Shown piece after piece: positions 8,225 to 18,091 of a stretch of DNA of 64,000 bases (within the stretch, counting starts at the first letter, position 1; every line of letters begins with the position of its first letter). A model generated the notes under the pieces. That model made no database searches. It worked only from the letters and a program-made list of their open reading frames with translations, and was not told where the DNA came from. The stretch is from Polyangiaceae bacterium (GTDB taxonomy: Bacteria; Myxococcota_A; Polyangia; Polyangiales; Polyangiaceae). The translations under genes and the position numbers were made by a program. Where the stretch lies: positions 96,288 to 160,287 of the forward strand of contig JBNKBE010000004.1 in NCBI GenBank assembly GCA_050287085.1, in the 5' to 3' direction.

Positions 8225-10645
8225 GTGGGGAGCATGTTCGACTGGCGCGGAGCGCACCAGCGCGGGTTGAGGGCGGTGCTGGATCGCATGTCGGTGGCCG
8301 GCTGGTGGTGGTCTGGCGTCGGGCTCTGGCTTTTTGGGCTTGGGTTCTTGCCGCTGGCGGCAGGGCCAACCTACGAGTATTCACTCCTGGCAGGGGTCAG
8401 TGTTCCCACTGTGACGGCCCTGCGGGCGGCTTGGGTGAGCCTCCACGCTTCGGGCTCGTCCGGGCCTGGCCTATTTTTGTTGAGACCGGGCGTGTGGGCG
8501 GGTCTGCGGGAGGGCGTCTGGGCCGCTGCGGTGGTGACTCTAAGCGCCGCTGTCCATGCGGTGCGGGCCGGCGTATGCGATCCGATGGGGCAGTGGACGT
8601 TGGTCTTCTTGGGCCCGTTTGCGGGGAGCCTGTTGGCGGCGGTGTGGGGTGTTGGTAGCGCTCAGCTGATGCTTTCGCTGGGGGAGAAGGCGGCCACTTA
8701 TTGCGGCGCGAAGCGGCGCTTGCGGGGGGCTCTGCTCTTGGCGCTCACGGGTCCGGTGGGGGGCATCGCTCTGAGTGTGATCCGCTATCTGACAAGCCCC
8801 ATCATCTTTGCGTTCGACCCGTTTGTTGGGTTCTTCTCGGGCACCCCCTACGACACAGTGGTCGAGGGCAGCGCGCGCCTTTTGACTTATCGTGGCAGCC
8901 ACCTGCTAGCCGTCGCGGCGGTTGTCTTGTTGCTGTTTGCCCCTTCGTCCACCTCGCGCGCCCAGGGGCAAGGGCCAGGGGCGGCGCCCAACGTCGCTTG
9001 GGTCGGCCGCTGGGGCCGCACTCTGGCTGGTGCCCTATTCGCACTGGCGTACGGCTGGACGTGGCTTATGGGCCCTGAGTTTGGCCACTACCAGACCGCC
9101 GCTTCTATTGAGGCGACCCTCGGCGAACGGCTCCGGTCGGAACGCTGCGAGGTGGTTTTCGATCCAGCCCTGGGTCGTCGATACGCGGCACGCCTGGGCC
9201 GAGAATGTGACGGGCATATTGCTGAATTGACCGCGCTCTTCGAGCTTCCATCGAGCGGGGCGGTGCGCGTTTATCTATTCAAAGACAGCACCCAGAAGGC
9301 ACGGTTGATGGGCGCTCGCCACGTGTACATCGCCAAGCCGTGGCGCCGGGAAATCTACATACAGGCGCAAGGCTTTCCCCATCCTGTGTTGGGGCACGAG
9401 CTGGCGCACGTGGTCGCCGGCGAGTTTGGCCAAGGCCCGCTCCGCATCGCCGGACCCTTTGGTGGGCTCATGCCCGACCCCGGGCGAATCGAGGGCCTTG
9501 CGGTCATGGCGTCGCCCCGCTGGGACGCCGATGAAACGGCAGAAAGCTGGGCTGCCGCGTTGCTCGAGATTGGACGCCTACCCCCCGCAGGCGATCTCTT
9601 TCGGCTGAGTTTTCTCGGCCAGAACGCGCACGCCGCATACACGGTGGCGGGGGCGTTTTGCGACTTTTTGAGACGACGCTACGGCATGGCCGCGCTGAAG
9701 GCGTGGTACGGCGGGGCGTCCGTAGAGCAGGCTTTTGGACGTCCGCTCGAAGCTTTGGACGGTGAGTTTCGCGAGGGACTGCGACGGATCCGCACCTCGG
9801 AAGAGGTGTTGGCGCGAGCGCGCGCTCGTTTTGAGCGTCCGGCGGTGTTCGCTCGGCGTTGTCCCCACCAGGTCGATGCGGGCCTCGAGCACGGAGCGCG
9901 CTGGCTGGGTCGTGGTCGCGTACCACAAGCGTTTGCAGCCTACTCGCACGTGCTGGAGCTTTCGCCTCACGAGTTTGGTGCCCGCGTGGGACTGGCGCGC
10001 TGCCGCGCGAGCGCGCAGGACGGGTCTGCGGCGCTCGATGCCTATCTGGAGCTCGCCGACGCAGCGTGGCTGGATCAGGAGCAGCGCGTCGTGGCCCGCG
10101 AGTTGCTGGGGGATCAGCTCCTCGCTTCCGATCCGCTTGCGGCGCACTCGGCCTACGCGCAAGCGCTGGCGCTGCAGCCTGGTGAAGACCAGCAACGCAC
10201 GCTGACGCTGAAGCAGGCAGCCGCCCGGGCGGAGCCGGTTGTGCGTGAGGCGGTGGTTGCGCTGTTGGTGGGGGAGCCGGAGCTGGGTACGGATCCGCTG
10301 CTTGCGGGTGTTCGCTTGGCGACCTGGGCGGCCGAGCGCCGCGCCTCGTTGCCGGGGTGGATAGCGGACTATCTCTTGGGGCGAAACATGTTGCTGCGCG
10401 AGCGCATGGCCGAGGCGCGGGGCTTTTTGGACCGCGCGCTCGCCGCGGCCGTGCACGCGCCCAATCCGCTCTTTGAGCGGGCGCTCCTTCGCGCTCGCGT
10501 CGTAGCGGGTTGCAGTGACGCCCCCGCGGACGAAGGGGCTAGACGAGCCGCGCTCGAGTACTTGGCGCGTCCTGAGGTCGGTCTGGCGCGCCGCGAGGGG
10601 CTGAAACACTTCGCGATCCGCTGCGGCATCGCGCTAGCCCCTTGA
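8225..10645 (+). CDS. Multi-pass membrane protein with zinc metallopeptidase-like (HExxH) domain and TPR-like C-terminus
   Basis: Several hydrophobic segments, HELAH followed by EGLA (gluzincin-like), Ala/Leu-rich helical repeats; start uncertain. Confidence 0.7.
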   Translation: MGSMFDWRGAHQRGLRAVLDRMSVAGWWWSGVGLWLFGLGFLPLAAGPTYEYSLLAGVSVPTVTALRAAWVSLHASGSSGPGLFLLRPGVWAGLREGVWAAAVVTLSAAVHAVRAGVCDPMGQWTLVFLGPFAGSLLAAVWGVGSAQLMLSLGEKAATYCGAKRRLRGALLLALTGPVGGIALSVIRYLTSPIIFAFDPFVGFFSGTPYDTVVEGSARLLTYRGSHLLAVAAVVLLLFAPSSTSRAQGQGPGAAPNVAWVGRWGRTLAGALFALAYGWTWLMGPEFGHYQTAASIEATLGERLRSERCEVVFDPALGRRYAARLGRECDGHIAELTALFELPSSGAVRVYLFKDSTQKARLMGARHVYIAKPWRREIYIQAQGFPHPVLGHELAHVVAGEFGQGPLRIAGPFGGLMPDPGRIEGLAVMASPRWDADETAESWAAALLEIGRLPPAGDLFRLSFLGQNAHAAYTVAGAFCDFLRRRYGMAALKAWYGGASVEQAFGRPLEALDGEFREGLRRIRTSEEVLARARARFERPAVFARRCPHQVDAGLEHGARWLGRGRVPQAFAAYSHVLELSPHEFGARVGLARCRASAQDGSAALDAYLELADAAWLDQEQRVVARELLGDQLLASDPLAAHSAYAQALALQPGEDQQRTLTLKQAAARAEPVVREAVVALLVGEPELGTDPLLAGVRLATWAAERRASLPGWIADYLLGRNMLLRERMAEARGFLDRALAAAVHAPNPLFERALLRARVVAGCSDAPADEGARRAALEYLARPEVGLARREGLKHFAIRCGIALAP

Positions 10646-10694
10646 GGCCGCGCGTGGGGGGCTGGGTCATGGGTCGACTCCACCGGGGTCCGAC

Positions 10695-12110
10695 GTGAGG
10701 ATTGTTTGCTCCGAGCGGGGGAGTTTGCGACCGTCCAGGCGCGTGCACCTGAATTCAAGAGTTGAGTGGGCCAGTGGGGGGCGATGGCGTTGGCTGCTCC
10801 TCTTCGGAGCCGCCGCGCTGGCGTGTGATAGCTCGGACGCTGCTGTCGGCGTTCGGCGCGCTGACGAAAGCCCAACGTCGTCGGCGGCGACGGCGCATTC
10901 CGCTGTCCCGACCGCGGCGGCTCCGGTCGCCGTTGCTCCGAGCGCCGTGGCTCCGCCAGAAGGGCGATTGAAGGCGCTGAGCCGGAGCCGACCAGACGCA
11001 GGCGCAGATCAGCCCACCTCCGACGCAGATGCGGCAGGTGCGCCGGAAGTAGGGGGCTGCCCCGAGGGCATGGTCAGGATCCCGGGCGGGCGTTATTGGG
11101 CTGGGCGCCACGCTCCTGGGGGCAACCCCGAAGAGCATCCGAGTTTCGAGAGCCGCGTGCACGATTTCTGTCTCGACCGCACGGAGGTGACGACCGAGGC
11201 CTACGCTCGCTGCGAGCAAGCCGGCAAGTGCACCTCAGCAGTGCGCGGACGGATCACCTGCAACGCGGGGCGCAAGGACCGGCAGGATCACCCCATCAAT
11301 TGCGTGACCTGGGAGCAAGCGGAGGCTTTCTGCCGCGCGGATGGGCGACGGCTGCCCAGCGAGCTCGAATGGGAGTACGCAGCCCGCGGCGGCTCTCAGT
11401 ATCGCAAGTACTCCTGGGGCGACGCACCTCCGGACGGCCACGCCTGCTGGAAGCGCAATCGCTCGTGTCCGGTCGCAAGCTATCCGGCGGGTGCGTTTGG
11501 TCTTTTCGACATGAGCGGGAACGTGTGGGAGTGGACCCGCGATCCCTTTGGAGCCTATCCCTGGCCTGCTCAGGAGGCGCCGTGGCGTGTCTATCGGGGG
11601 GGCAGCTGGAGCCGTCGCTTCGTCAAATGGATGAGCCTGACGCTCCGCAACCGTTTTGCCCCAGACAAGTATGGGGCCCACCTAGGATTTCGCTGTGCGG
11701 TTTTGCCCCAGGGCGCGGAATGTCCCTACGGGGCAGGCGAAGCTGGCTCTTGTCGCCATGGGGTCGAGGACGTGCGGTGTTTGCCCGGGCAGACGTTCAA
11801 CGGACAGCGCTGCGCCGCCGCGGGAGCGCCTCTATGCCCGGAGGGCAGTGAGCCTATCCCGGGGCACGGGTGTGTGGCCCGTTCCGGGGCGCCGGCAGAG
11901 CATCACGCCGAGGTGGCGGCCAGTTCGGTAGCCAGCGCTCGCTCGCCACAATTCGATGCCGACTGTGAGCGCTTCGCCAAGGGGCGTCCGCTAGCCTACC
12001 GCCTCAGCGGCGGGACCCACGCGCAGCGAAATGCGGTAGGACACAATAGGGGTTGCAAGAACCGAGACGTCGGGGTGGGTTGGAATTCGGCATGCTGCCC
12101 AGGGCCGTGA
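10695..12110 (+). CDS. Formylglycine-generating enzyme (SUMF1/FGE-sulfatase) domain lipoprotein with Cys-rich C-terminus
   Basis: Lipobox ALAC; CPEGMVRIPGG, FCLDRTEVT, RRLPSELEWEYAARGG, GLFDMSGNVWEW, RGGSW, GFRC; start uncertain. Confidence 0.88.
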   Translation: MRIVCSERGSLRPSRRVHLNSRVEWASGGRWRWLLLFGAAALACDSSDAAVGVRRADESPTSSAATAHSAVPTAAAPVAVAPSAVAPPEGRLKALSRSRPDAGADQPTSDADAAGAPEVGGCPEGMVRIPGGRYWAGRHAPGGNPEEHPSFESRVHDFCLDRTEVTTEAYARCEQAGKCTSAVRGRITCNAGRKDRQDHPINCVTWEQAEAFCRADGRRLPSELEWEYAARGGSQYRKYSWGDAPPDGHACWKRNRSCPVASYPAGAFGLFDMSGNVWEWTRDPFGAYPWPAQEAPWRVYRGGSWSRRFVKWMSLTLRNRFAPDKYGAHLGFRCAVLPQGAECPYGAGEAGSCRHGVEDVRCLPGQTFNGQRCAAAGAPLCPEGSEPIPGHGCVARSGAPAEHHAEVAASSVASARSPQFDADCERFAKGRPLAYRLSGGTHAQRNAVGHNRGCKNRDVGVGWNSACCPGP

Positions 12111-12213
12111 TGCCACCAGCAGCGGGCTTTGTAGCAAGTCGGCGGCGCGTTCGGGATCGGGGAGAAAATTTGTTGCCATCGACGGCACCTGCAAAGATAC
12201 ACGAACGAGTCAG

Positions 12214-12990
12214 ATGCAGTCTTTGAGCAGATCTATCACCCGATGCAGTGCGCCAGCCCTGATTCTGGGGGTCGCGTTGTTGGCTTCTGGTGGAGCCGGC
12301 GCTGGGCCCAACGAGACCGTTGACGCGGGGGTTGTGGCCCCGAGCGGAGGCTCGGAGGCGGATAGCTTGGGCCTGTTGCTGCCGGCGCTGCCAGCCGAAA
12401 CGCGGGTGCTCCACATTGGCGACTCGTTTGCTGGAGCTCTCGGGCGGGAACTGAACAAGGCGCTCAGCGTCTACGGCATCTCGGGTACCACCAAGTTCAA
12501 GCGCTCCACCTACATTCCGACCTGGGCTTCGAGCAAAGAGCTCGGGCTGTATCTGCACCAGTATCAACCTGATCTCGTGTTGGTCACGCTGGGGGCCAAC
12601 GAGCTTCTGGTACCCGATCCGACCGACCGCATCCGTACGATCCGCAAGCTCGTTGGACGCATCGGGGACCGACCCTGCGTGTGGGTTGGGGTTCCGCTCT
12701 GGCCCGGCGCGCGCGACGCCCTGCCCCAGGTCATCCGTGAGAACGCAGCACCCTGTCGCTACCTGGATAGCAACGAGCTGTACCCGGACATGCCCCGGGC
12801 CAAAGATGGCATCCATCCTTCGATTTCGGCCCGCGCCGAGTGGGCCACTCGGGTCGTTGGATGGCTGCGGCGCGAGATCGATCCGCGCGCGGCGGCGCAA
12901 GGGATCTGGCGCTTCCGCGAGCCGGGTGTTCGGGTCGGCGCCACGTCCCAGGCCGGAGCGCCCGCCCCGAGCTCGACCGAAGCGCCTTAG
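12214..12990 (+). CDS. Exported SGNH/GDSL hydrolase
   Basis: Signal peptide; IGDSF block I, LGANE block III, DGIHP block V. Confidence 0.85.
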   Translation: MQSLSRSITRCSAPALILGVALLASGGAGAGPNETVDAGVVAPSGGSEADSLGLLLPALPAETRVLHIGDSFAGALGRELNKALSVYGISGTTKFKRSTYIPTWASSKELGLYLHQYQPDLVLVTLGANELLVPDPTDRIRTIRKLVGRIGDRPCVWVGVPLWPGARDALPQVIRENAAPCRYLDSNELYPDMPRAKDGIHPSISARAEWATRVVGWLRREIDPRAAAQGIWRFREPGVRVGATSQAGAPAPSSTEAP

Positions 12991-13069
12991 ACGTCACGAG
13001 GCGTCCTAAGGGCTCTAGCGCGCAACTGAGCCAGCCTCGGGGCGAGCTCTTTGGCATGACTGGACGCTC

Positions 13070-13576
13070 GTGTTTTGGTGCTCCGATGCGGGGGATGCCA
13101 CGCTCTGGGGGAGCGCGATGATCTGGCGGGGGAGCGCGATGCTCTCGGCGCCTGTGATGGCCGCCTTGTGGTTCTTTCTGAGCCCCGCACCCGCCTTCGC
13201 CCAGGACGGGGGACCTGACGCCGGCGGCGGCACCGTCCCGGGCCGCGGGCAATTGTTTTCGGGGGCGGGTGTTGTGGTCTCTGCGCCTCAGGTCCTCGAC
13301 GCGGGGCGCGACAGCGGCTCTCCCGGGCCCGCAGCGCAGCACGGCGGGAGCGGCGCGCCGGCCACACACCCCCCGGAGCCCGCGCTTTGCGAGACACGCG
13401 TGGGGCGCGGCGCCCGTGGGGTGCCCCCCATGCTACTGCTCTTGGGCGGAGGGCTATTGCTGGTCGTGTTGCGAGGGCCTGCTCACGGGCGGCCCGTTAG
13501 GCGACGCCCTGAGCTGGCGCGGCGGCGGATCCCAGGTGCACTGCCGGCAGGTCGCTGGCCGCCGGGCTGCGCGTAG
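13070..13576 (+). CDS. Small exported low-complexity protein with MYXO-CTERM-like tail
   Basis: Signal-like AALWFFLSPAPAFAQ, DGGPDAG linker, Cys followed by hydrophobic LLLLGGGLLLVVL and an Arg cluster; overlaps the smc 3' end; start uncertain. Confidence 0.45.
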   Translation: MFWCSDAGDATLWGSAMIWRGSAMLSAPVMAALWFFLSPAPAFAQDGGPDAGGGTVPGRGQLFSGAGVVVSAPQVLDAGRDSGSPGPAAQHGGSGAPATHPPEPALCETRVGRGARGVPPMLLLLGGGLLLVVLRGPAHGRPVRRRPELARRRIPGALPAGRWPPGCA

Positions 13577-16500
13577 AGCGCGCCTTGGCTTCGTCATTGA
13601 TCTTGACGCTGACCAAGCGCGATACGCCGGGCTCACCCATGGTGACGCCGTACAGCACGTCCACCGCCTGCATCGTCTTCTTGATGTGGGTGATAATGAT
13701 GAACTGAGACTGCGACGTCATGGAACGAATCGCGTCGTTGTAGCGACCGACGTTGGCTTCGTCGAGCGGGGCGTCAACCTCGTCCAGAATGCAGAAGGGA
13801 GAGGGGCGGTGCTGGAAGATCGCGAAGATGAGCGCCGTGGCGGTCAGCGCCTTTTCGCCGCCGCTCATCAGCTCGATGTTGCCGAGCTTCTTGCCTGGTG
13901 GTTGCGCCACGATATCAACGCCCGTCTCCAGGATATTCTCTGGATCCGTGAGTTTGAGTTCGCCGCGCCCGCCCTTGAACAATCGGACGAAGGTCTGCTT
14001 GAAGAGGTCGTTGATCGCGTCAAAGGACTCTTTGAAGCGACGCTTGCTCTCGCGGTCCATATGCCGAATGGCGCGTTCCAGCTCGCTGAGCGCTTCTTCG
14101 ATGTCCTGCTTCTGGGTGCTCAGTTCAGCAAAACGCGTCTCGGCCTCTTCGAACTCCGTCTTTGCATCCAGGTTCACCGGGCCCATGCGGTCGATGAGCT
14201 TGGTTAGCTCGTCGATGCGCCGGCGGTGTTCCCCATCCGGCGGGGGACGCAAGTGGTAGTCACCGACCACTGAGTTCAGGTTCAAGCCGCGAAAGCGCTC
14301 TGCAACGTTGCCAAGGAGGTGTTCACGTTCAAGATCCAGCTTCTGCAGGAGCAGCTCTTTGGCGCGCAGCTGCTCATCCAGTTCTTGCTGATTGGCGCGC
14401 AGACTCTGCAGGTGTTCCTCGTGATTGGCCAGTTCCCCGCGCAACGCGTCCAGGCGCGCCCGAACAGCGTCCCGTTCTTCGCCATGCTGCTGGGTCTTGC
14501 TCTTGGCGAGCAGTAGTTGCTCGCGCAGCTGCATCCACTGCGCGGCTGCCGCACCTAGCGCTTCAGCTACCTCGTGGCGCTCGCGGTCGAGCCGCTGCAG
14601 TCGCGCATCGGCTTCGGTCAGCGCTAGCTGCGCTCGCTCGACCGTTCGGCGCTGGCTTTCGAGCTGTTCACGGACCTGCTGCTCGCGCAGGCGGACGGCC
14701 ATGACTTGGGCCGTTTCTTCCGCGAGTCTCGCGTCAAAGAGAGTCGCGCTCGCGCTCAATACGCTCTGCGCCGCGCACAGCTTCACTTCTTCACGCAGTA
14801 GCTCCAGCCACGTCTGATGCGCTTGAGCCTGTTCCCGTTCGCATTCGCTATGGCGAGCGCGCAGGGCCTCGAGCTGGCTGTGGAGCTTGTGTCCACGGGC
14901 CGCTTCGCGCTCACGAGCGCTGTGCAGGCGGGCCAGTTCGCGGTCCAGACCGCTGCCTGCGAGGCCTGCGCTCATGACCGCCTTGCGGCGCTGTGCAGCG
15001 CTCTGTTCCAACCCCTGGACGTGTTCGCGTCGCGCGTCAACGGCACTCGCAAGCGCGGCCAGCTCCGGTTCCAGCTCCGCGATCTGAGCTTCCAACGTAG
15101 CCATTTCGCGCTTCTGTTCCACAACAGTTGCCGCGGGATTGTCACTGCTACCGCCGCTGACCAGACCCGCGCCCCGAACCACGGTGCCGTCCACGGCAAC
15201 CACCGTCAGGTTCACATGCTCCTGATTGAGTCGGTAAGCCTCTCCCGCCGTTTCGACGACTGCGGCGTCGCCAATCAGAGCTGAGACCAGCGTGCGGTCC
15301 TCGTCGGCACAACCGACGACATCGACCAGACGGGCGACGACACCCTCCAATGCCACCTCGTCTTGGTCTGCTAGCGTTGAGTCCGAGTGAGGCGGTACCG
15401 GCTGAGGATATGCGGAGCGGGCTGCGATCGTGGCCCGACCGGTAGCGTTGTCCCGCAGTTGCCCGAGTAGCTGCAGCCCCCGTTCAGGGTCCGAGACGAT
15501 CACGCACTGAAGCGTGTCCCCCAATAGACCCGCGAGCGCGCGCGTGTAGCGTTCAGGAACATCCAGACGCTCGGCGAGCAGCCCGACCACCGCCGGATCG
15601 GCCGCCTGCAGTAGCGCACGTGTGCCCGCCGAAACGCCTTCCAATCGCTTGTGCAGATCGGCCAATACGCTCAGGCGAGCGCGCTTTCGGTCGAGCTGCT
15701 GCTGGAGCGTCTTGCGCTCGGTTTCGACTTCTGCAATCTGCGCCCGTTCGGCGTTCAAACTCTGTTCAACTTCCGCGAGGGCCTGCTCCTCCGAGGCTTG
15801 GGAGCTTGCCGCTGCCGTGCGTTCTAGCTGCACCGCGGCCAACTCGGCGTCGGCCTGCTCCAGGGTTTGCTCGAGCGCCTCGAGCTCGATCGCAAGGCGT
15901 GCGCGCTCGGCGTCGGCGTCTTGGCTGCGTGCGCCGAGAGCGCCCATTTGCCCCTGAACGGCACCTGTGCCGGAGCTGACTGCGCTGAGCCGATCGCGCA
16001 GGCCCTGAAGCTCGCGCTGCGCGGCGCGCGCCTGCTTTTGAGCCCGTGCTAAGCGGCTGTCGTCGTCGTCTGAACGGCGCTGGCCGCCGTCTGCATGCGC
16101 TGCCTCGAGGCGAGCGGCCTCCTGTGCAACTTCGGTGTACTGAAGGTGGAGCAGCTCTCGCTTGGTTCCGAGCTCTCCGTGTTCCGTGCCGAGGGCAGCT
16201 AGGCGTTCCGTGAGGTGGGCAACGCGATCTTGGGTGCGTTCCGCGGTGCCGCGGAGCTCAGCGCTGTGTTGGGCTGCCGTTTGCGCCAGAGCGCTGACAG
16301 AGTCGTATTGTCGTTCGACTTGCAGCGCGCCTTCTCGCGCCCCCTGAAGTCCTCCTTCACGGGCTTGTAGCTGCCCCAGGGTCTCCGTAAGTCCGCGACT
16401 CAGCTCCCCCATTTCGCCGCGATGGAGCTTGCCCGTGACGATCATCCCGAGCAGCCGGTGCGCGGCGTCGTGCAAGAAGAGATCTTCTAGTTCGCTGCGG

Positions 16501-17168
16501 TAACGAAGGAAACGTTCGGCCTTGGCCGCTTGGCGCTTGAGCCCGTCCCGACTCCGCTCCACCTCCGACACGATATCGCTCAAACGGAGCAGATTCTGGC
16601 GCGTCTGGTCCATCTTGCGCTCAGCTTGTTTGCGTCGCAGACGGTACTTCGTGATCCCAGCCGCCTCTTCAATGTAGGCGCGGCGATCCTGCGGGCGCGA
16701 GCTGACGATCTGACCGACGCGTCCCTGTTCGACGATGGAATAGGCCTTGGTACCAACACCCGTACCGAGGAAGAGATCGGTGATATCGCGGAGGCGTACC
16801 GGGGTCTTGTTGAGCAGGTATTCGCTCGTGCCGTCTCGGAAAAGGCGTCGGGTGATGGCCAGTTCAGAGTAGTCCCGATAGAGCTCGGGCAGTTCCGCGG
16901 CGCCATCGCTGTTGTCGAAGGTCAGAGTGACCTCGGCCATGCCGTGTTGCGGTCGGGTCTCCGAGCCGTTGAAGATGATGTCTTCCATCGAGCGACCGCG
17001 CAGGTGCTTGGCACTCTGCTCGCCCATGCACCAACGGATCGCGTCGACGATATTCGATTTGCCACATCCGTTGGGTCCAACGATGCCAATCACATCGTTG
17101 TCAAAGTGAACGACCGTCTTGTCGACGAAGGACTTGAAACCGCTGATCTCTAGTTTCTTGATGTGCAT
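13497..17168 (-). CDS. smc: Chromosome segregation protein SMC
   Basis: MHIKKLEISGFKSF, Walker A GPNGCGKSN, long coiled coils and hinge, MSGGEK signature, LDEVDAPLD. Confidence 0.97.
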   Translation of the reverse strand: MHIKKLEISGFKSFVDKTVVHFDNDVIGIVGPNGCGKSNIVDAIRWCMGEQSAKHLRGRSMEDIIFNGSETRPQHGMAEVTLTFDNSDGAAELPELYRDYSELAITRRLFRDGTSEYLLNKTPVRLRDITDLFLGTGVGTKAYSIVEQGRVGQIVSSRPQDRRAYIEEAAGITKYRLRRKQAERKMDQTRQNLLRLSDIVSEVERSRDGLKRQAAKAERFLRYRSELEDLFLHDAAHRLLGMIVTGKLHRGEMGELSRGLTETLGQLQAREGGLQGAREGALQVERQYDSVSALAQTAAQHSAELRGTAERTQDRVAHLTERLAALGTEHGELGTKRELLHLQYTEVAQEAARLEAAHADGGQRRSDDDDSRLARAQKQARAAQRELQGLRDRLSAVSSGTGAVQGQMGALGARSQDADAERARLAIELEALEQTLEQADAELAAVQLERTAAASSQASEEQALAEVEQSLNAERAQIAEVETERKTLQQQLDRKRARLSVLADLHKRLEGVSAGTRALLQAADPAVVGLLAERLDVPERYTRALAGLLGDTLQCVIVSDPERGLQLLGQLRDNATGRATIAARSAYPQPVPPHSDSTLADQDEVALEGVVARLVDVVGCADEDRTLVSALIGDAAVVETAGEAYRLNQEHVNLTVVAVDGTVVRGAGLVSGGSSDNPAATVVEQKREMATLEAQIAELEPELAALASAVDARREHVQGLEQSAAQRRKAVMSAGLAGSGLDRELARLHSAREREAARGHKLHSQLEALRARHSECEREQAQAHQTWLELLREEVKLCAAQSVLSASATLFDARLAEETAQVMAVRLREQQVREQLESQRRTVERAQLALTEADARLQRLDRERHEVAEALGAAAAQWMQLREQLLLAKSKTQQHGEERDAVRARLDALRGELANHEEHLQSLRANQQELDEQLRAKELLLQKLDLEREHLLGNVAERFRGLNLNSVVGDYHLRPPPDGEHRRRIDELTKLIDRMGPVNLDAKTEFEEAETRFAELSTQKQDIEEALSELERAIRHMDRESKRRFKESFDAINDLFKQTFVRLFKGGRGELKLTDPENILETGVDIVAQPPGKKLGNIELMSGGEKALTATALIFAIFQHRPSPFCILDEVDAPLDEANVGRYNDAIRSMTSQSQFIIITHIKKTMQAVDVLYGVTMGEPGVSRLVSVKINDEAKARSTRSPAASDLPAVHLGSAAAPAQGVA

Positions 17169-17652
17169 CGCTAAGTCTCGGGGGCGGCATCGGTGGCCCG
17201 TCCGCGTGCTGGCAAAGTCGAAGGGGTCGGCCACCCTTCTTTGGGCGGGTGGTCGAACGACCGCGGTGGTGAGCGCAACTCTGAACGCAAAGCCATGCTG
17301 GCCGCCAGGAAATCCACACCGGCTCTCCCTTCATCACCCCGGTGCAGGCCCGGACGCTCGCGCAGCGAGAGCCCTGCGCGGCCCGCGCGGAATTTCGTTG
17401 GGTAGAAGGTGTTATTCCTGTTGGCCACTACACGTGCCTTACTGTCATGTATTGTCACGTAGCGTGAGTCGCATGCTCAGATACCTTAGTTCAGTGGTCC
17501 TGGCAAGGCGTTCAGCATCGTGTCCCGGGGGCCGCGCAGCTCTTTTGGACGGGGGTTGGCGTTTTCGGGCCTGCCAGGCGGGGGGGCCAGCAAAAGAGTG
17601 CTTGGAGCGTTGACACGCCTCCTGTGCGGGCACATTTGGTGCGCTCACAGCC

Positions 17653-17979
17653 ATGACTTACGAATACATCTGCACTGAGTGCGGGCACGAGTGGGAAGCG
17701 TCTCAGCGCATCAACGACAAGCCCCTCACCGAGTGTCCCAATTGCAAGAAGGCCACGGCCAAGCGACAGGTGTCCGGGGGGACTGGATTTGTTCTCAAGG
17801 GTGGGGGGTGGTACGCCGACGGATATGCCTCGGGCGGTGCCAGCAAGGCAGGGGCTGCTTCTTCCGACGCTCCCCCAAGCAAGTCCACGGACGGTGGCGC
17901 CAGCAAGAAGGACACCTCAGCACCGGCGAGCACCGACAAGAGCACGGCGCCGGCCGCTTCGGCTACCAAGTCTGACTGA
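17653..17979 (+). CDS. FmdB family zinc-ribbon protein
   Basis: YEYICTECGH..CPNC..GFVLKGGGWYADGY followed by a Ser/Ala/Lys-rich tail. Confidence 0.9.
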   Translation: MTYEYICTECGHEWEASQRINDKPLTECPNCKKATAKRQVSGGTGFVLKGGGWYADGYASGGASKAGAASSDAPPSKSTDGGASKKDTSAPASTDKSTAPAASATKSD

Positions 17980-18091
17980 GGCGCGCCTGCCGCGCGCGCC
18001 GGGGTTGCTGTTCATCTCGGGCCGCGTGGGGCGCGTGCGCCACGACGCGCTTTGGCTCTGACGGGTTGCTGTGCTAAGTCGCGGTCGCCTC

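Noticed and set aside
17170..17650. Long smc/fmdB intergenic region as a riboswitch or sRNA
   Set aside because: No recognisable conserved RNA motif by eye; consistent with divergent promoters. An Rfam scan would be needed.
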